A stretch of DNA of 64,000 bases, taken from NCBI GenBank assembly GCA_040755095.1, contig JBFMBH010000006.1, positions 1,290 to 65,289 on the forward strand. Direction: 5' to 3'. The translations under genes and the position numbers were made by a program. The DNA comes from Thermodesulfobacteriota bacterium (GTDB taxonomy: Bacteria; Desulfobacterota; Desulfobulbia; Desulfobulbales; JBFMBH01). Every line of letters begins with the position of its first letter. The first letter of the stretch is position 1. Below, in pieces: positions 8,842 through 18,087 of this stretch. A model generated the notes under the pieces. It was not told the origin of the DNA and searched no databases. It worked only from the letters and a program-made list of their open reading frames with translations.

Positions 8842-9962
8842 CCCCTGCCCCACCTGGCCGCCACCTGGCGCAGAAGCTGGTCCACGACGCCGTAGCTCCG
8901 GTCCAGATCGTGGTCGCGGCGGACGTGCTCCCGGGCCGCCTCCGCCATGGCCTGGCGGCGGCCGGCGTCGGCCAGCAGCCCCCTGACCGCGGCGACGAAG
9001 GCCGGCATGTCGAGGGGCGGAGTCAGCAGGCCGGTGCGGCCATCCGCCACCACCTCCGGGATGCCGCCATTGGCAAAGGCCACCACCGGCAGGCCGCAGG
9101 ATTGGGCCTCCAGGTAGACCATGCCCAGGCTTTCCCGGATGCCGGGAAACACAAAGAGGTCACCCGCCGAATAGACCCGGGCCAGCTCCAGGCGGGGCAC
9201 CCGCCCCAGGAAGCGCACCCGGCCCGGCAGCCAACGGTCTGCCAGGGCGCGGAGGCGGGACTGCTCCTCGCCATCGCCGGCAATGGCCAGGAGGAGATCG
9301 ATCCCCGACTGCACCAGGCGGCCGCAGGCCTCGATGGTGCAGGCCAGGCCGTCCGCCTTCACCCCGGGCCGGAACATGGCAGCGCTCACCACCACCGGCC
9401 GCTCGCCGGCTTCCCAGGCGGCGCGCACGGCTGCCCGGCCACCGGCGTCGAAGACAAAATCCCCGGGCCGGATGCCGGGGACCACATAGACCACCCGCTC
9501 GGCAGGCAGCAGGCGCCGGAGGTTGACCTCGTCCGCCCGGCGGTTGGTGAAGACCAACTCGGCCGCCAGCAGGGCCCGGCGGTTCAGGATGTACCCGGGC
9601 CAGGTGCGCCAGTCCCGGCGCCGCTTGGTGGAATAGATGCCCTGGAAGACCACATAGGGCAGCCGGCAGCGGCGGGCCACCACCGGCCCCAGGAGGTCCG
9701 GGGCCTTGTAATAGGCATGGTAGGTGAGCCACAGATCCGGCCGCTGGCGGTAAAGCTCGCCGCGCAGCCGCCGGCGCTCGGCCATGACCGCCAGCCATGC
9801 CCAGGGCTTCCAGGGCAGCCAGCGGGCCCGCAGGCGGCTGGCCACCGCCACCGCATGCCCCTGCCGCCGCAGAAAATCCCGCAGCCCACTGCCGATCACC
9901 AGATCCCCGGACGGGTGCGGATGATCCAACGGCTTCATGGGCGCGTACAAGGCGATGCGCAC
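8838..9962 (-). CDS. Glycosyltransferase family 1 (GT4-like)
   Basis: ORF 8838..10118 trimmed to GTG 9962 (VRIALYAP...), preceded by GGAGG. C-terminal E(x7)E-type region LFVFPGIRESLGMVYLEAQSCGLPVVA. Confidence 0.85.
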   Translation of the reverse strand: MRIALYAPMKPLDHPHPSGDLVIGSGLRDFLRRQGHAVAVASRLRARWLPWKPWAWLAVMAERRRLRGELYRQRPDLWLTYHAYYKAPDLLGPVVARRCRLPYVVFQGIYSTKRRRDWRTWPGYILNRRALLAAELVFTNRRADEVNLRRLLPAERVVYVVPGIRPGDFVFDAGGRAAVRAAWEAGERPVVVSAAMFRPGVKADGLACTIEACGRLVQSGIDLLLAIAGDGEEQSRLRALADRWLPGRVRFLGRVPRLELARVYSAGDLFVFPGIRESLGMVYLEAQSCGLPVVAFANGGIPEVVADGRTGLLTPPLDMPAFVAAVRGLLADAGRRQAMAEAAREHVRRDHDLDRSYGVVDQLLRQVAARWGRG

Positions 9963-10068
9963 AGCTGATGCCTCCGCAAGAACAGCCTTTCCGTACGGCC
10001 GCGGCGCTTTTCTTCCAGGTCCCACAGGACCAACACAAGACCTACGCTCGCCGCCCCCGGCGGCCAGC

Positions 10069-11319
10069 TCAATCCGGCGCTGCCAGGGCTCCCCGGAACA
10101 GGGCCGCCAGCTGGCCAATGAGCTGCCGGTTGTCGAAGCCCTGGGCCACCCGCTGCCGGCCAGCGGCGATCACCTGCTGCCGGAGCCCGGGATCGGTGAG
10201 AAGCCGGGCCATGGCCGCTGCCATGGCGGCAGGATCGTCCGGGGGCACCAGCAGGCCGCTGGCGCCGTCCTCCACCAGCTCGGGGATGGCGGAAACGGTG
10301 GTGGCCACAACAGGCACCCCCATGGCCAGACTCTCGGCCAGGACGTTGGGGATGCCATCCCGGTCGCCGTTGGCGGCGATCCGGCAGCCCAGGACAAAGA
10401 GATGCGCCTGCGCCAACTGGGCCTGCACCACTTGGTGGGGCTGGGTGCCCAGCCAGGAGCAGATGCCGGCCAGGCCCAGCTGCCGGGCCAGGGTCTCCAG
10501 GGCCGACCGCTCCTCCCCGGCGCCGATGAGGGTGTGACGGACCGGCAGTCCCTGGTCGGCGAGGCGGCGCACCGCCCGCAGCACGGTGTCCAGTCCCTTC
10601 TTGGCGGTGAGGCGGGCCACGGTGAGGATCTGGAACGGTGCCGCCGGGGCGGCCGGTCCGGCGGCCGGGGCGCTGAACAAGGACAGATCGATGCCGTGGT
10701 AGATCCGGTGGATCGGGGTGCTGCCATAAGCCAAGCGGGCCAGGTACTGGCGGTTGTGCTCGGTGCAGGTGACGACAAAGGCGGCGGCGGCGATCTTTTC
10801 CGCCAGGGAGCTGGGCTCGCTGGTGTAGATATCCTTGGCGTGGGCGGTGAAGCTGAAGGGCAGGCCAGCAAGAAGGCTGGCGAAGCGGGCCACCGAGGTG
10901 GGGGAGTGGGCGAAATGGGCATGGAGATGGCCCACCCCGGAGCCAGGCAGGAGATGACCCACCAGATAGCCGGCCTGGAGGAGATGCTTGATCGTCGCCA
11001 GGGGCCGGCCGGCGGCCAGCCGGCGGCGGGCCAGGCCCAGGGCCTGGCGGTAGCGGCCCGGCTGCCGCCGGGCCAGGGCCAGGTTGTGAGCCAGGAGCCG
11101 CGGCAGGGGCCGCAGGAGGGTTTCCGGCAGATAGTCGACCCGGGCGCGGATCCGCTGGACGCTGGCGTGGCTGAAGCTCTCCCGGGGCTGGCGCATGGAG
11201 AAGATCCGGATGCGCAGCCCCAGCTCCGAAAGAAGCAGGATCTCGTTGGAGATGAAGGTCTCGGAGATGCGGGGATAGCCCTTCAGGATCATGCCCAGCA
11301 CCGGGCTTGGGGCGTCCAT
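10069..11319 (-). CDS. Glycosyltransferase family 1 (WcaL-like)
   Basis: ORF trimmed to ATG 11319, 9 nt (11320-11328) after the upstream stop codon (11331-11329). Motifs ILKGYPRISETFI and GIPNVLAESLAMGVPVVAT. Confidence 0.85.
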   Translation of the reverse strand: MDAPSPVLGMILKGYPRISETFISNEILLLSELGLRIRIFSMRQPRESFSHASVQRIRARVDYLPETLLRPLPRLLAHNLALARRQPGRYRQALGLARRRLAAGRPLATIKHLLQAGYLVGHLLPGSGVGHLHAHFAHSPTSVARFASLLAGLPFSFTAHAKDIYTSEPSSLAEKIAAAAFVVTCTEHNRQYLARLAYGSTPIHRIYHGIDLSLFSAPAAGPAAPAAPFQILTVARLTAKKGLDTVLRAVRRLADQGLPVRHTLIGAGEERSALETLARQLGLAGICSWLGTQPHQVVQAQLAQAHLFVLGCRIAANGDRDGIPNVLAESLAMGVPVVATTVSAIPELVEDGASGLLVPPDDPAAMAAAMARLLTDPGLRQQVIAAGRQRVAQGFDNRQLIGQLAALFRGALAAPD

Positions 11320-11330
11320 CAGGGCTCGAC

Positions 11331-12521
11331 TCAGGCGCGGAACAGGGCCAGGCGCTGGCGCATCACATCCAGACCGGTCAGGGGGAAGCGGGCCATGGCC
11401 TGGCGAAAGGGCTCGGGGTCGGCCAGGATACGGAGGATCTTCTCCTTCATGGTGGCCGGGGTGCACTCGCCCCAGGGGATGAAATCCACCAGCCCCTGCC
11501 GCTTGAGGGCCTGGGCGCGCAGAAGCTGCTCCCTGCGCGGCGTCTCCCGGGGGATGATGAGGGAAGGTTTGCCCTGGGTGAGGATCTCGCAGATGGTGTT
11601 GTAGCCGCCCATGGTGACCACAAGCTCGGCGGCGGCCAGCAGGCCCTCCATGTGGCGCACAAAGGGCAGGATGCGCACCCCGAGCCGGCGGGCCCGGACC
11701 GCCAGGTCCCGCCGCTCCTGCCTGGGCATGAAAGGCCCGGTGACCAGGAGGGAGGTAAAGGGCAGCCGGCCCGCCGCGGCCTCGACCATGGCCAGGAAGG
11801 TGTCCATGACCGCAAAGCCGTCACCGCCGCCGCCGGTGGTCACCACCACCAGCCGCTCGCCGTTGGCCACCCCCTGGTCCCTTTTCAGCCGTCGTACCGC
11901 GTCGTTCTCCGGGGTCTTCCGGGGGATGTAGCCGGTGAAGATCATCTTGCGGGCCACCGCCTCCGGGATCCCATACTCGACGATGGGGTCATAGAGCTCC
12001 CGGTTGCCGTAGACCCAGATCTCGCTGTAGAGATCCGCCAGGGCAGAGTAGACCTTCTTGTCCTCCCAGTCCTGGCGGACGGTGGCGGCGTCGTCCATGA
12101 TGTCCCGGAGGCCCAGGATGGTGCGGGCCTCGGGAAAGCAGCGCTTCAGCCAGTGCAGGGTGGGCAGCACCTCCCGCTTGAGGCCCAGGGGCTCCTTGTC
12201 GACGATGAACAGGTGGGGCCGGAAGGTGCGGGCGGTGGCGGTGATGATGCTCTTGCGGATGCTCAAGGCATGCTGGGGATGGATCTTGATGGACAGGGGT
12301 AGATACTCCTCGTTGGTCTTCTTGATCATGCCCGGGATGCGCACGAAATCGATCTGCTCCGGGAAGCTGAAGCGGCCAACGATGGGCGAGCCGGTGAGGA
12401 TAAGGATGTTGACCTCCGGCCCGATGAGCTGGGAGGCGATGGCCATGGTCCGCCGGATGTGTCCCAGGCCATACGTGTCATGGGAGTACATCAGGATGTC
12501 GTACGTGCCGTTACGGACCAT
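11331..12521 (-). CDS. Glycosyltransferase, GT28-C-terminal/COG4671-like (paralog of 7088..8245)
   Basis: ATG 12521 preceded by AAGGAG with a 7-nt spacer. Motifs YSHDTYGLGHIRRT and MGGYNTICEILTQGKPSLIIP. Confidence 0.75.
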   Translation of the reverse strand: MVRNGTYDILMYSHDTYGLGHIRRTMAIASQLIGPEVNILILTGSPIVGRFSFPEQIDFVRIPGMIKKTNEEYLPLSIKIHPQHALSIRKSIITATARTFRPHLFIVDKEPLGLKREVLPTLHWLKRCFPEARTILGLRDIMDDAATVRQDWEDKKVYSALADLYSEIWVYGNRELYDPIVEYGIPEAVARKMIFTGYIPRKTPENDAVRRLKRDQGVANGERLVVVTTGGGGDGFAVMDTFLAMVEAAAGRLPFTSLLVTGPFMPRQERRDLAVRARRLGVRILPFVRHMEGLLAAAELVVTMGGYNTICEILTQGKPSLIIPRETPRREQLLRAQALKRQGLVDFIPWGECTPATMKEKILRILADPEPFRQAMARFPLTGLDVMRQRLALFRA

Positions 12522-12614
12522 CGAGAGCTCCTTGATGAAAGGAGAACAAGCTGGCTGGCACTGCTGGCGGCCCCTCGGCCAGGGCAGAACCATAGCATAC
12601 CGCACCGGCGGGTG

Positions 12615-13220
12615 TCACCGGGGAAACCGGGGATTCCCGGCAGAATCGATCTCCGGCCGGAACGGGGGCAAGCTCACTCCCCGGTCGCTGAGCCGGAAGC
12701 GGGGCCGGTTGAGGCGAGCAGCGATGGCCTCGGCATCGTCCGGCCCCCGCTCACCGATCTTGCGGGCCGGCACCCCGGCCCAGATCTCGTAAGGGCCGGG
12801 ATTCCTGGTCAGCACCGAGCCGGCGCCCAGCACCACCCCGTCCGGGATCTCGCTCACCTGGTAGAGAACCAGGGCGCCGTCATGGATCCAGACATCGGCG
12901 CCGATGTACTTGTCCTGCCACAGGAGGCCGTGCTCGGCTTCGGTCCGGGCCAGGGGCTTGCGGCCGAGATGGAGATGATCATGGGTGTAGATCCGGCAGC
13001 GGTGGCCAATGTTGCACCAGGGCCCAAGATGGATGGAGCCGGTGCAGTCCAGGAGGGCAAAGCGGCTGAGGATGATGTTGGTCTCAAGACCGGGCGTGGC
13101 AAAGACCGCCGGGTCCAGATAGAGGTCCCCTTTGCGGAATTTCTTGTGGGGAAAGCGCCGGGCCGCCGCCACCGCCACCGCCAACTGCTCCCGGGTCAGG
13201 GTCTCCAGAGGATACGGCAT
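12615..13220 (-). CDS. Hexapeptide-repeat (LbH) acyl/acetyltransferase
   Basis: ATG 13220 preceded by AAGGAG. The repeat region IGADVWIHDGALVL...VVLGAGSVL is typical of left-handed beta-helix transferases. Confidence 0.8.
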   Translation of the reverse strand: MPYPLETLTREQLAVAVAAARRFPHKKFRKGDLYLDPAVFATPGLETNIILSRFALLDCTGSIHLGPWCNIGHRCRIYTHDHLHLGRKPLARTEAEHGLLWQDKYIGADVWIHDGALVLYQVSEIPDGVVLGAGSVLTRNPGPYEIWAGVPARKIGERGPDDAEAIAARLNRPRFRLSDRGVSLPPFRPEIDSAGNPRFPR

Positions 13221-13383
13221 GGGCTCAATCTCCTTGACGATGGACACGGCGGATCGCATACTGCCGGGGAGCACGTTGCCGCCGCCGACTTGGCCGACGA
13301 TGCCACGACCTGCACCCCGAGCGCAACCCCAGAAAAGAAAAAAGGGGCCGTAACCCCTTCGGATTACGGCCCCAATGCGATTC

Positions 13384-13459
13384 TGGTGGAGATGAGGGGA
13401 TTCGAACCCCTGACTTCCACGATGCGAACGTGGCGCTCTCCCAGCTGAGCTACATCCCC
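13384..13459 (-). tRNA. tRNA-Ala (anticodon CGC)
   Basis: Hand-folded 76-nt cloverleaf: GGGGATG acceptor with G3:U70, anticodon loop TTCGCAT, T-loop GGTTCGAATCC, encoded CCA. Confidence 0.9.
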
Positions 13460-13593
13460 CGCAATGCCGCTTGGCGCGGGCACCTCCGGCCCGCCGGTGG
13501 GGCTTCTATACCACGAACCCTCCGGCCTGACAAGGATCCAGTTCCCCGCACCGCTGGCGGTCCGCCGCTGCCAGCGAGCTTGCCACCCCGCCT

Positions 13594-14190
13594 ATGGATA
13601 CTCTTCAGCCCAGTCGCTCCGCCCAGCGCCGCTGGGCCAGGTCCATCCTCGATCTGGCGGAGGCCCTGCTCGCCCTGCCGGCCGCCGCCCTCCGCGACCT
13701 GCCGGCGGCGGCGGAGCTCAAGGCCCTGGTCGCCGCCGGCCAGGCCATGAAGCCGGGGGCGGCCCGTCGCCGCCAAGCCAAGACCGTCGCCAGCCTCCTG
13801 CGGGCCAGTGACGATCTGGAGGGGATCGCTCTCTGGCAGGCCCAGCGCCAGGGCCATCGCCGGGAAGCCGCCCTGGCCTTCCAGGAGCTGGAGCGGCAGC
13901 GGAATGCCATCCTGGCCGAGGCGTACGGCATCGCCCGCCACCAGACCCCGGAGCGCGGGGCACCAGCCCCGGCCCTGGCCTCGGTGCAGGAGCTGGCCAG
14001 CCAGTTGCCGTCCCTGGATGCCCGGGCCGTGGAACAGGCGGCTTGGCGCCACGCCCGTACCGGTCATCCTTCCGCCCGCCGGCAGGTGCTCCAGCTCTTG
14101 CGTGCCGCCCACGAACGGCTGCGCCTGGCAGCGGCTGCGGGCGCGGGCGAAGAGCCTCCCGGCTGTGCCGGCGGCACCCCGGCTGCCTGA
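13594..14190 (+). CDS. yjgA: DUF615/YjgA-like ribosome-associated protein
   Basis: The pattern LPAAAELKALVAAGQAMKPGAARRRQAKTVASLLR and C-terminal ARRQVLQLLRAAHE parallels E. coli YjgA (recalled, not aligned). Confidence 0.6.
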   Translation: MDTLQPSRSAQRRWARSILDLAEALLALPAAALRDLPAAAELKALVAAGQAMKPGAARRRQAKTVASLLRASDDLEGIALWQAQRQGHRREAALAFQELERQRNAILAEAYGIARHQTPERGAPAPALASVQELASQLPSLDARAVEQAAWRHARTGHPSARRQVLQLLRAAHERLRLAAAAGAGEEPPGCAGGTPAA

Positions 14191-14220
14191 GCCAGCAGCC
14201 GGCAGCGATCAGTGCCAGCC

Positions 14221-15948
14221 TCAGGCCGCGGGCAGGGCCGGCCGCCCCCCATGCACCTTGAGATAGACCTCACACCTCTGGCAGTTGCTGATCTTGTCGT
14301 GGAAGGAGCCCTGCTCCTTGCCCCCGCACAGAGTGCCGGTGACCATCCAGCAGCTGTCGCCGTGACGGGGGTACGCCGGGCAGCCGTCCCGGCGCTCGGG
14401 CGGGCAGTTCTTGATGCTCCAGCACTGCACGGCACCAGCCGTGTCGGCGCCACGGGGTGGCACGCGGGGAGCGGCCGCCCCCACCTCCTGCTCGCGACCC
14501 GCACCGGCTGACCCGCCGACCAGGGCCACCAGCTCCTGCACCACCTCGTGGATCCCCAGGGCCTGGGAATTGAGCTCCGCGGCGACGCTGGCCGACTCTT
14601 CACCCGAGGCCGCCAGGCGCTGGGTGGCGGTGTCGATGTGGGCGATCGCCTCGTTGACCTGCTGGATGCCCTGGGCCTGCTCGTTGGTGGCCAAGCTGAT
14701 CTCACCCACCAGGGCCGCCACCCGGCCGGCCCGATCCACCAGCTCGTCGATGGCCTCGCCGGTGGCTGTCACCAGGACCCGGCCGTCCGCCACCTTCTGG
14801 GAGGTCCCGGAGATGAGGTCAGCGGTGCTTCTGGCCGCCTCCGCAGCCCGCATCGCCAGGTTGCGCACCTCGTCCGCCACCACCGCGAAGCCCGCGCCGG
14901 CCTCCCCGGCCCGGGCAGCCTCCACCGCGGCGTTGAGGGCCAGGAGGTTGGTCTGGAAGGCGATCTCGTCGATGGTCTTGACAATTTTGGAGGTCTCATC
15001 GCTGGCCTTGGAGATCTCGGCCATGGACTGGGTGAGGTCCTGCATGGAGGAGGCCGCCTTGTCCATGGCCTGACCGGCGTCCCGCATGAGGGCGTGAGCC
15101 TGGGTGGCGTTGTCCGCGTTCTGCCGCACCATGGAGGACATCTCCTCCAGGGCCGCCGAGGTCTGCTCCAGGGCCGCCGCCTGCTCCACCGCAGCCTCGG
15201 CCAGGCTGTGGCTGGTGCCGGATAGTTGGCCGGCGGTGGTGGCCAGCTGGCCGGAATTGCCGGTGAGATCGGCGACCGCCCGCCGCACCGGCCGGACGAT
15301 TCCTCGGCCCAGAACAAGGGCCAAGGCGATGCCAGCCACCAGGCTGGCCAGGCCGGTCGCCGAGACCCCCAGGCGGGCCGCATCGCTCGCCGACAAGGCC
15401 AGCTGCGCCTTCTCCGTAGAAACGGCGGCATTGGCCTCCTTCAGCCGGCCCATCCGGGCGGCGAAGGCCACACCCGCCTCCTCCAGACGGTCCGCCTGGC
15501 TGGCCACCACCTGGGCGTTGCCCTGGCGCACCAATGGCCAAAGGGCCTGGGCGGCCTGGTTGAAGGCATCGCGCTCTTTGGCCGCCTCGGCGAGCATCAG
15601 CGGCCAGCCCGCGGCCACCAAGTCGGGATCAGACTGCACCGCCGCAGCGATCTCACCCAGCAGCCGGTCCACCTCCTGCCCCAGCTGGGCAAAGGTCTCC
15701 GGATAGCGCTCCTCCCGGTGGACGACGAAGAGCAGGGCCGTCGCCTCCTGGGCCTTCATCTGGGTGGTGAGATTCCCCACCGCCAGGCTGACGGGCAGGT
15801 GCACGGCGCTCATGTCCTGCACCTCGATGGCCACATTCCGGGAGGCCCACCAGGCGATCCCCCCCACCAGGACAGAAAGAAGAATCATCAAGCCAAAACC
15901 GGCGCTCAACCGCCTGCCCACCGTCCACTGCCTCATCGCCATCTCCAT
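14221..15948 (-). CDS. Methyl-accepting chemotaxis protein with C-terminal Cys-rich module
   Basis: Two TM segments and the signalling hairpin [38 protein letters not shown]. The last ~65 aa are [52 protein letters not shown]. Confidence 0.9.
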   Translation of the reverse strand: MEMAMRQWTVGRRLSAGFGLMILLSVLVGGIAWWASRNVAIEVQDMSAVHLPVSLAVGNLTTQMKAQEATALLFVVHREERYPETFAQLGQEVDRLLGEIAAAVQSDPDLVAAGWPLMLAEAAKERDAFNQAAQALWPLVRQGNAQVVASQADRLEEAGVAFAARMGRLKEANAAVSTEKAQLALSASDAARLGVSATGLASLVAGIALALVLGRGIVRPVRRAVADLTGNSGQLATTAGQLSGTSHSLAEAAVEQAAALEQTSAALEEMSSMVRQNADNATQAHALMRDAGQAMDKAASSMQDLTQSMAEISKASDETSKIVKTIDEIAFQTNLLALNAAVEAARAGEAGAGFAVVADEVRNLAMRAAEAARSTADLISGTSQKVADGRVLVTATGEAIDELVDRAGRVAALVGEISLATNEQAQGIQQVNEAIAHIDTATQRLAASGEESASVAAELNSQALGIHEVVQELVALVGGSAGAGREQEVGAAAPRVPPRGADTAGAVQCWSIKNCPPERRDGCPAYPRHGDSCWMVTGTLCGGKEQGSFHDKISNCQRCEVYLKVHGGRPALPAA

Positions 15949-16319
15949 GGTTCGGTTGCATGTGACAGGGCACCACGCGCGACGCCCTGGCCTCCAGGCC
16001 CTTCCTGACGGCCCATCGCCTCAGTGTAGGGAAACCGTCCTCGTCCGTCAAGGGAGCTATCAGGGCAGCGGCGGAGAATCCAGGCTGATTCCTCAAGTGA
16101 TCATGAGCAGTTACTGCTGGGAGGGCCATCCGGACCGCGCCGGTGCTCAGCGCGAATAGCGGGGCAGGCAGCCCGACCCGAGGGGCGTCCCCAGCGGCCT
16201 CCGAGCGAGAACTTTTTGTCCCATACTCCGGCAAGCCGCGCCCTTGACTGTTGTCAAACCGGGTCGGCTGTGTTAAAGAAGGGGTCTTTCCGGTCCCGCT
16301 TCGGGTGGCCGGATCGTCC

Positions 16320-16395
16320 GGCGGCGTAGCCAAGTGGCCAAGGCAGCGGTCTGCAAAACCGTTATTCGGCGGTTCAAATCCGCCCGCCGCCTCCA
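16320..16395 (+). tRNA. tRNA-Cys (anticodon GCA)
   Basis: Acceptor GGCGGCG/CGCCGCC, anticodon loop CTGCAAA, T-arm GGCGGTTCAAATCCGCC, encoded CCA. Confidence 0.9.
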
Positions 16396-16406
16396 GATAC
16401 GCAAAA

Positions 16407-16439
16407 GGGGCTGAACGGCGATCCGTTCAGCCCCTTTTT
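16407..16439 (+). terminator. Rho-independent terminator after tRNA-Cys
   Basis: Perfect 12-bp stem GGGGCTGAACGG/CCGTTCAGCCCC, loop CGAT, followed by TTTTT. Confidence 0.75.
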
Positions 16440-16499
16440 GCTGTCCCTCTTCCCCGCCCGCCCCCCACGCCAATCTCGCAAAGGGGCCTCACCCCCAGG

Positions 16500-16547
16500 A
16501 AAAACTCTGCAGGGGCTGCCCGTCGCGCCGCGACAGGCCAGCCCCTG
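16500..16547 (-). terminator. Candidate terminator of the nuo operon
   Basis: On the minus strand, hairpin CAGGGGCTG...GTCGCG/CGCGAC...CAGCCCCTG is followed, after 5 nt, by TTTTT. It lies 68 nt downstream of the nuoN stop. Confidence 0.5.
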
Positions 16548-16614
16548 TGTGCCTCCCCGACCGCGCCCGACCGAGCGGGCGCCCCCCCTTCTGCCCGGCC
16601 GCCGGTATTCCGGC

Positions 16615-18036
16615 CTACAGCATGCCCTTCATGGCGGTGGCCGCCATGTCCACCAGACGCTGGGGCAGGAGGCCCATGACGACGATGAGCGCCATGAGGC
16701 CGTAGGACAGCACCCGGGTCAGCCCATCCACCGCCACCGCCGGCCGGTCATTGGCGTCCTTGGTGTAGGACACCCGGACCACGGACAGGTAGTAGTAGAT
16801 GGAGATGGCGGTGTTGATGGCCGCGCAGACAACCAGCCACAGATAGCCCTCCTGCAAGGCGTTATAGAGGAGCATGAACTTGCCCATGAAGCCGACGAAG
16901 GGCGGGATACCCGCCAGGGCAAACATGCCCACCGCCAGGGTCAAGGCCAGGATCGGCGAACGCTGGTGCAGGCCCTCCAGATCCTCGATGGCCACGTTCT
17001 CGCCGTCCCGCGACACCTGGCAGATCACCAGGAAGCAGGCCAGGTTCATGATCAGGTAGCCGGCGATGTAGTAGATCGCGGCGCCGTAACCGGCCTCCCG
17101 CAGGGTGAGAATGCCGATCAGGACGTAGCCGGCATGCGCCACCGAGGAGAAGCCCAGCATCCTCTTGATGTCCTTTTGCACCAGGGCGATGAGATTGCCG
17201 TAGAACATCGACGCCACAGACAGGATCATGAGCATCTCGGTCAGTGCCCGGGCGTCGGGACCGGCCAAGGTGACCAGGCGGATGAGGAGGGCCACAGCGC
17301 CGAGCTTGGGCGCCGTGGCGCAGTAGGCCGCGGTCTCGTTGGAGGCGCCCTGGTAAACGTCCGGCACCCAGAACTGGAAGGGGAAGACAGCGAGCTTGAA
17401 GAAGAAGCCGCACAGGAGCATCCCCATGCCCACCACCGCCACCGGCTGGCCCATGAGGCTGCCCAGCTTGGGCATGATACCCGCCAGGTAGGTGGTCCCG
17501 GTGATGCCGAAGATGTAGCTCATGCCAAACAGCATCACGCCAGTAGCCACCGCACCAAAGAGGATGTATTTGACGCCCGCCTCCATCTGGGCGTGCAGGC
17601 CGGGGCGGTCGTCGCGCATCGGCACCAGCACGTACAGGGAATAGGACGAGACCTCCAGGGCGATGAAGATGGTCAACAGCTCCACCGAAGAGACCAGCAT
17701 CATCAGGCCCAGGGCGGACAGCACCATGAACATGTAGAACTCGGCGTGCACCTCCGGCCGCACCCCCTTGAGGCCCCGGCCGAAGATGATCACGGCTGCC
17801 AGGCCGATGGCCACCGCCAGCTTGAAGCCCTGGGAGAAGAGATCCACCCGGTAGGCGTCAAAAAAGAGGCTGCCTTCGAAGGAAAGACACGCCGCCACCG
17901 CCCCCACCCCCAGCACTGATCCGGCCAGGGCCAGGTTGCGGGCGGCCGCCGCCGCCGACCGGCCCAGGGAGACCAGAAAGAGGAGCAGGCAGAAGCCGAG
18001 ATAGTACAGTTCCGGGGCAAAGAGGATGGCCTTCAT
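16615..18036 (-). CDS. nuoN: NADH-quinone oxidoreductase subunit N
   Basis: 473-aa polytopic antiporter-like protein, last gene of the nuo cluster. Motifs FKLAVFPFQFWVPDVYQGA and LIALVQKDIKRMLGFSSVAHAGY. Confidence 0.9.
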   Translation of the reverse strand: MKAILFAPELYYLGFCLLLFLVSLGRSAAAAARNLALAGSVLGVGAVAACLSFEGSLFFDAYRVDLFSQGFKLAVAIGLAAVIIFGRGLKGVRPEVHAEFYMFMVLSALGLMMLVSSVELLTIFIALEVSSYSLYVLVPMRDDRPGLHAQMEAGVKYILFGAVATGVMLFGMSYIFGITGTTYLAGIMPKLGSLMGQPVAVVGMGMLLCGFFFKLAVFPFQFWVPDVYQGASNETAAYCATAPKLGAVALLIRLVTLAGPDARALTEMLMILSVASMFYGNLIALVQKDIKRMLGFSSVAHAGYVLIGILTLREAGYGAAIYYIAGYLIMNLACFLVICQVSRDGENVAIEDLEGLHQRSPILALTLAVGMFALAGIPPFVGFMGKFMLLYNALQEGYLWLVVCAAINTAISIYYYLSVVRVSYTKDANDRPAVAVDGLTRVLSYGLMALIVVMGLLPQRLVDMAATAMKGML

Positions 18037-18087
18037 CGTGGGTCCTTGTCGTAGGCGTCTTGTTCGTCAGCCGGGCGTGATCGTCAT

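Noticed and set aside
16283-16296. TTGACtgttGTCAA dyad upstream of tRNA-Cys
   Set aside because: It has only 5-bp arms. It may simply reflect overlapping -35-like hexamers of the tRNA promoter, which is not enough evidence for an operator.
15653-16333. 226-aa minus-strand ORF between the MCP and tRNA-Cys
   Set aside because: It overlaps the MCP 5' end and the tRNA-Cys gene, and the sequence is not protein-like. I treat 15949..16319 as intergenic. I found no RNA gene there by eye, but a covariance-model scan would be needed to exclude one.
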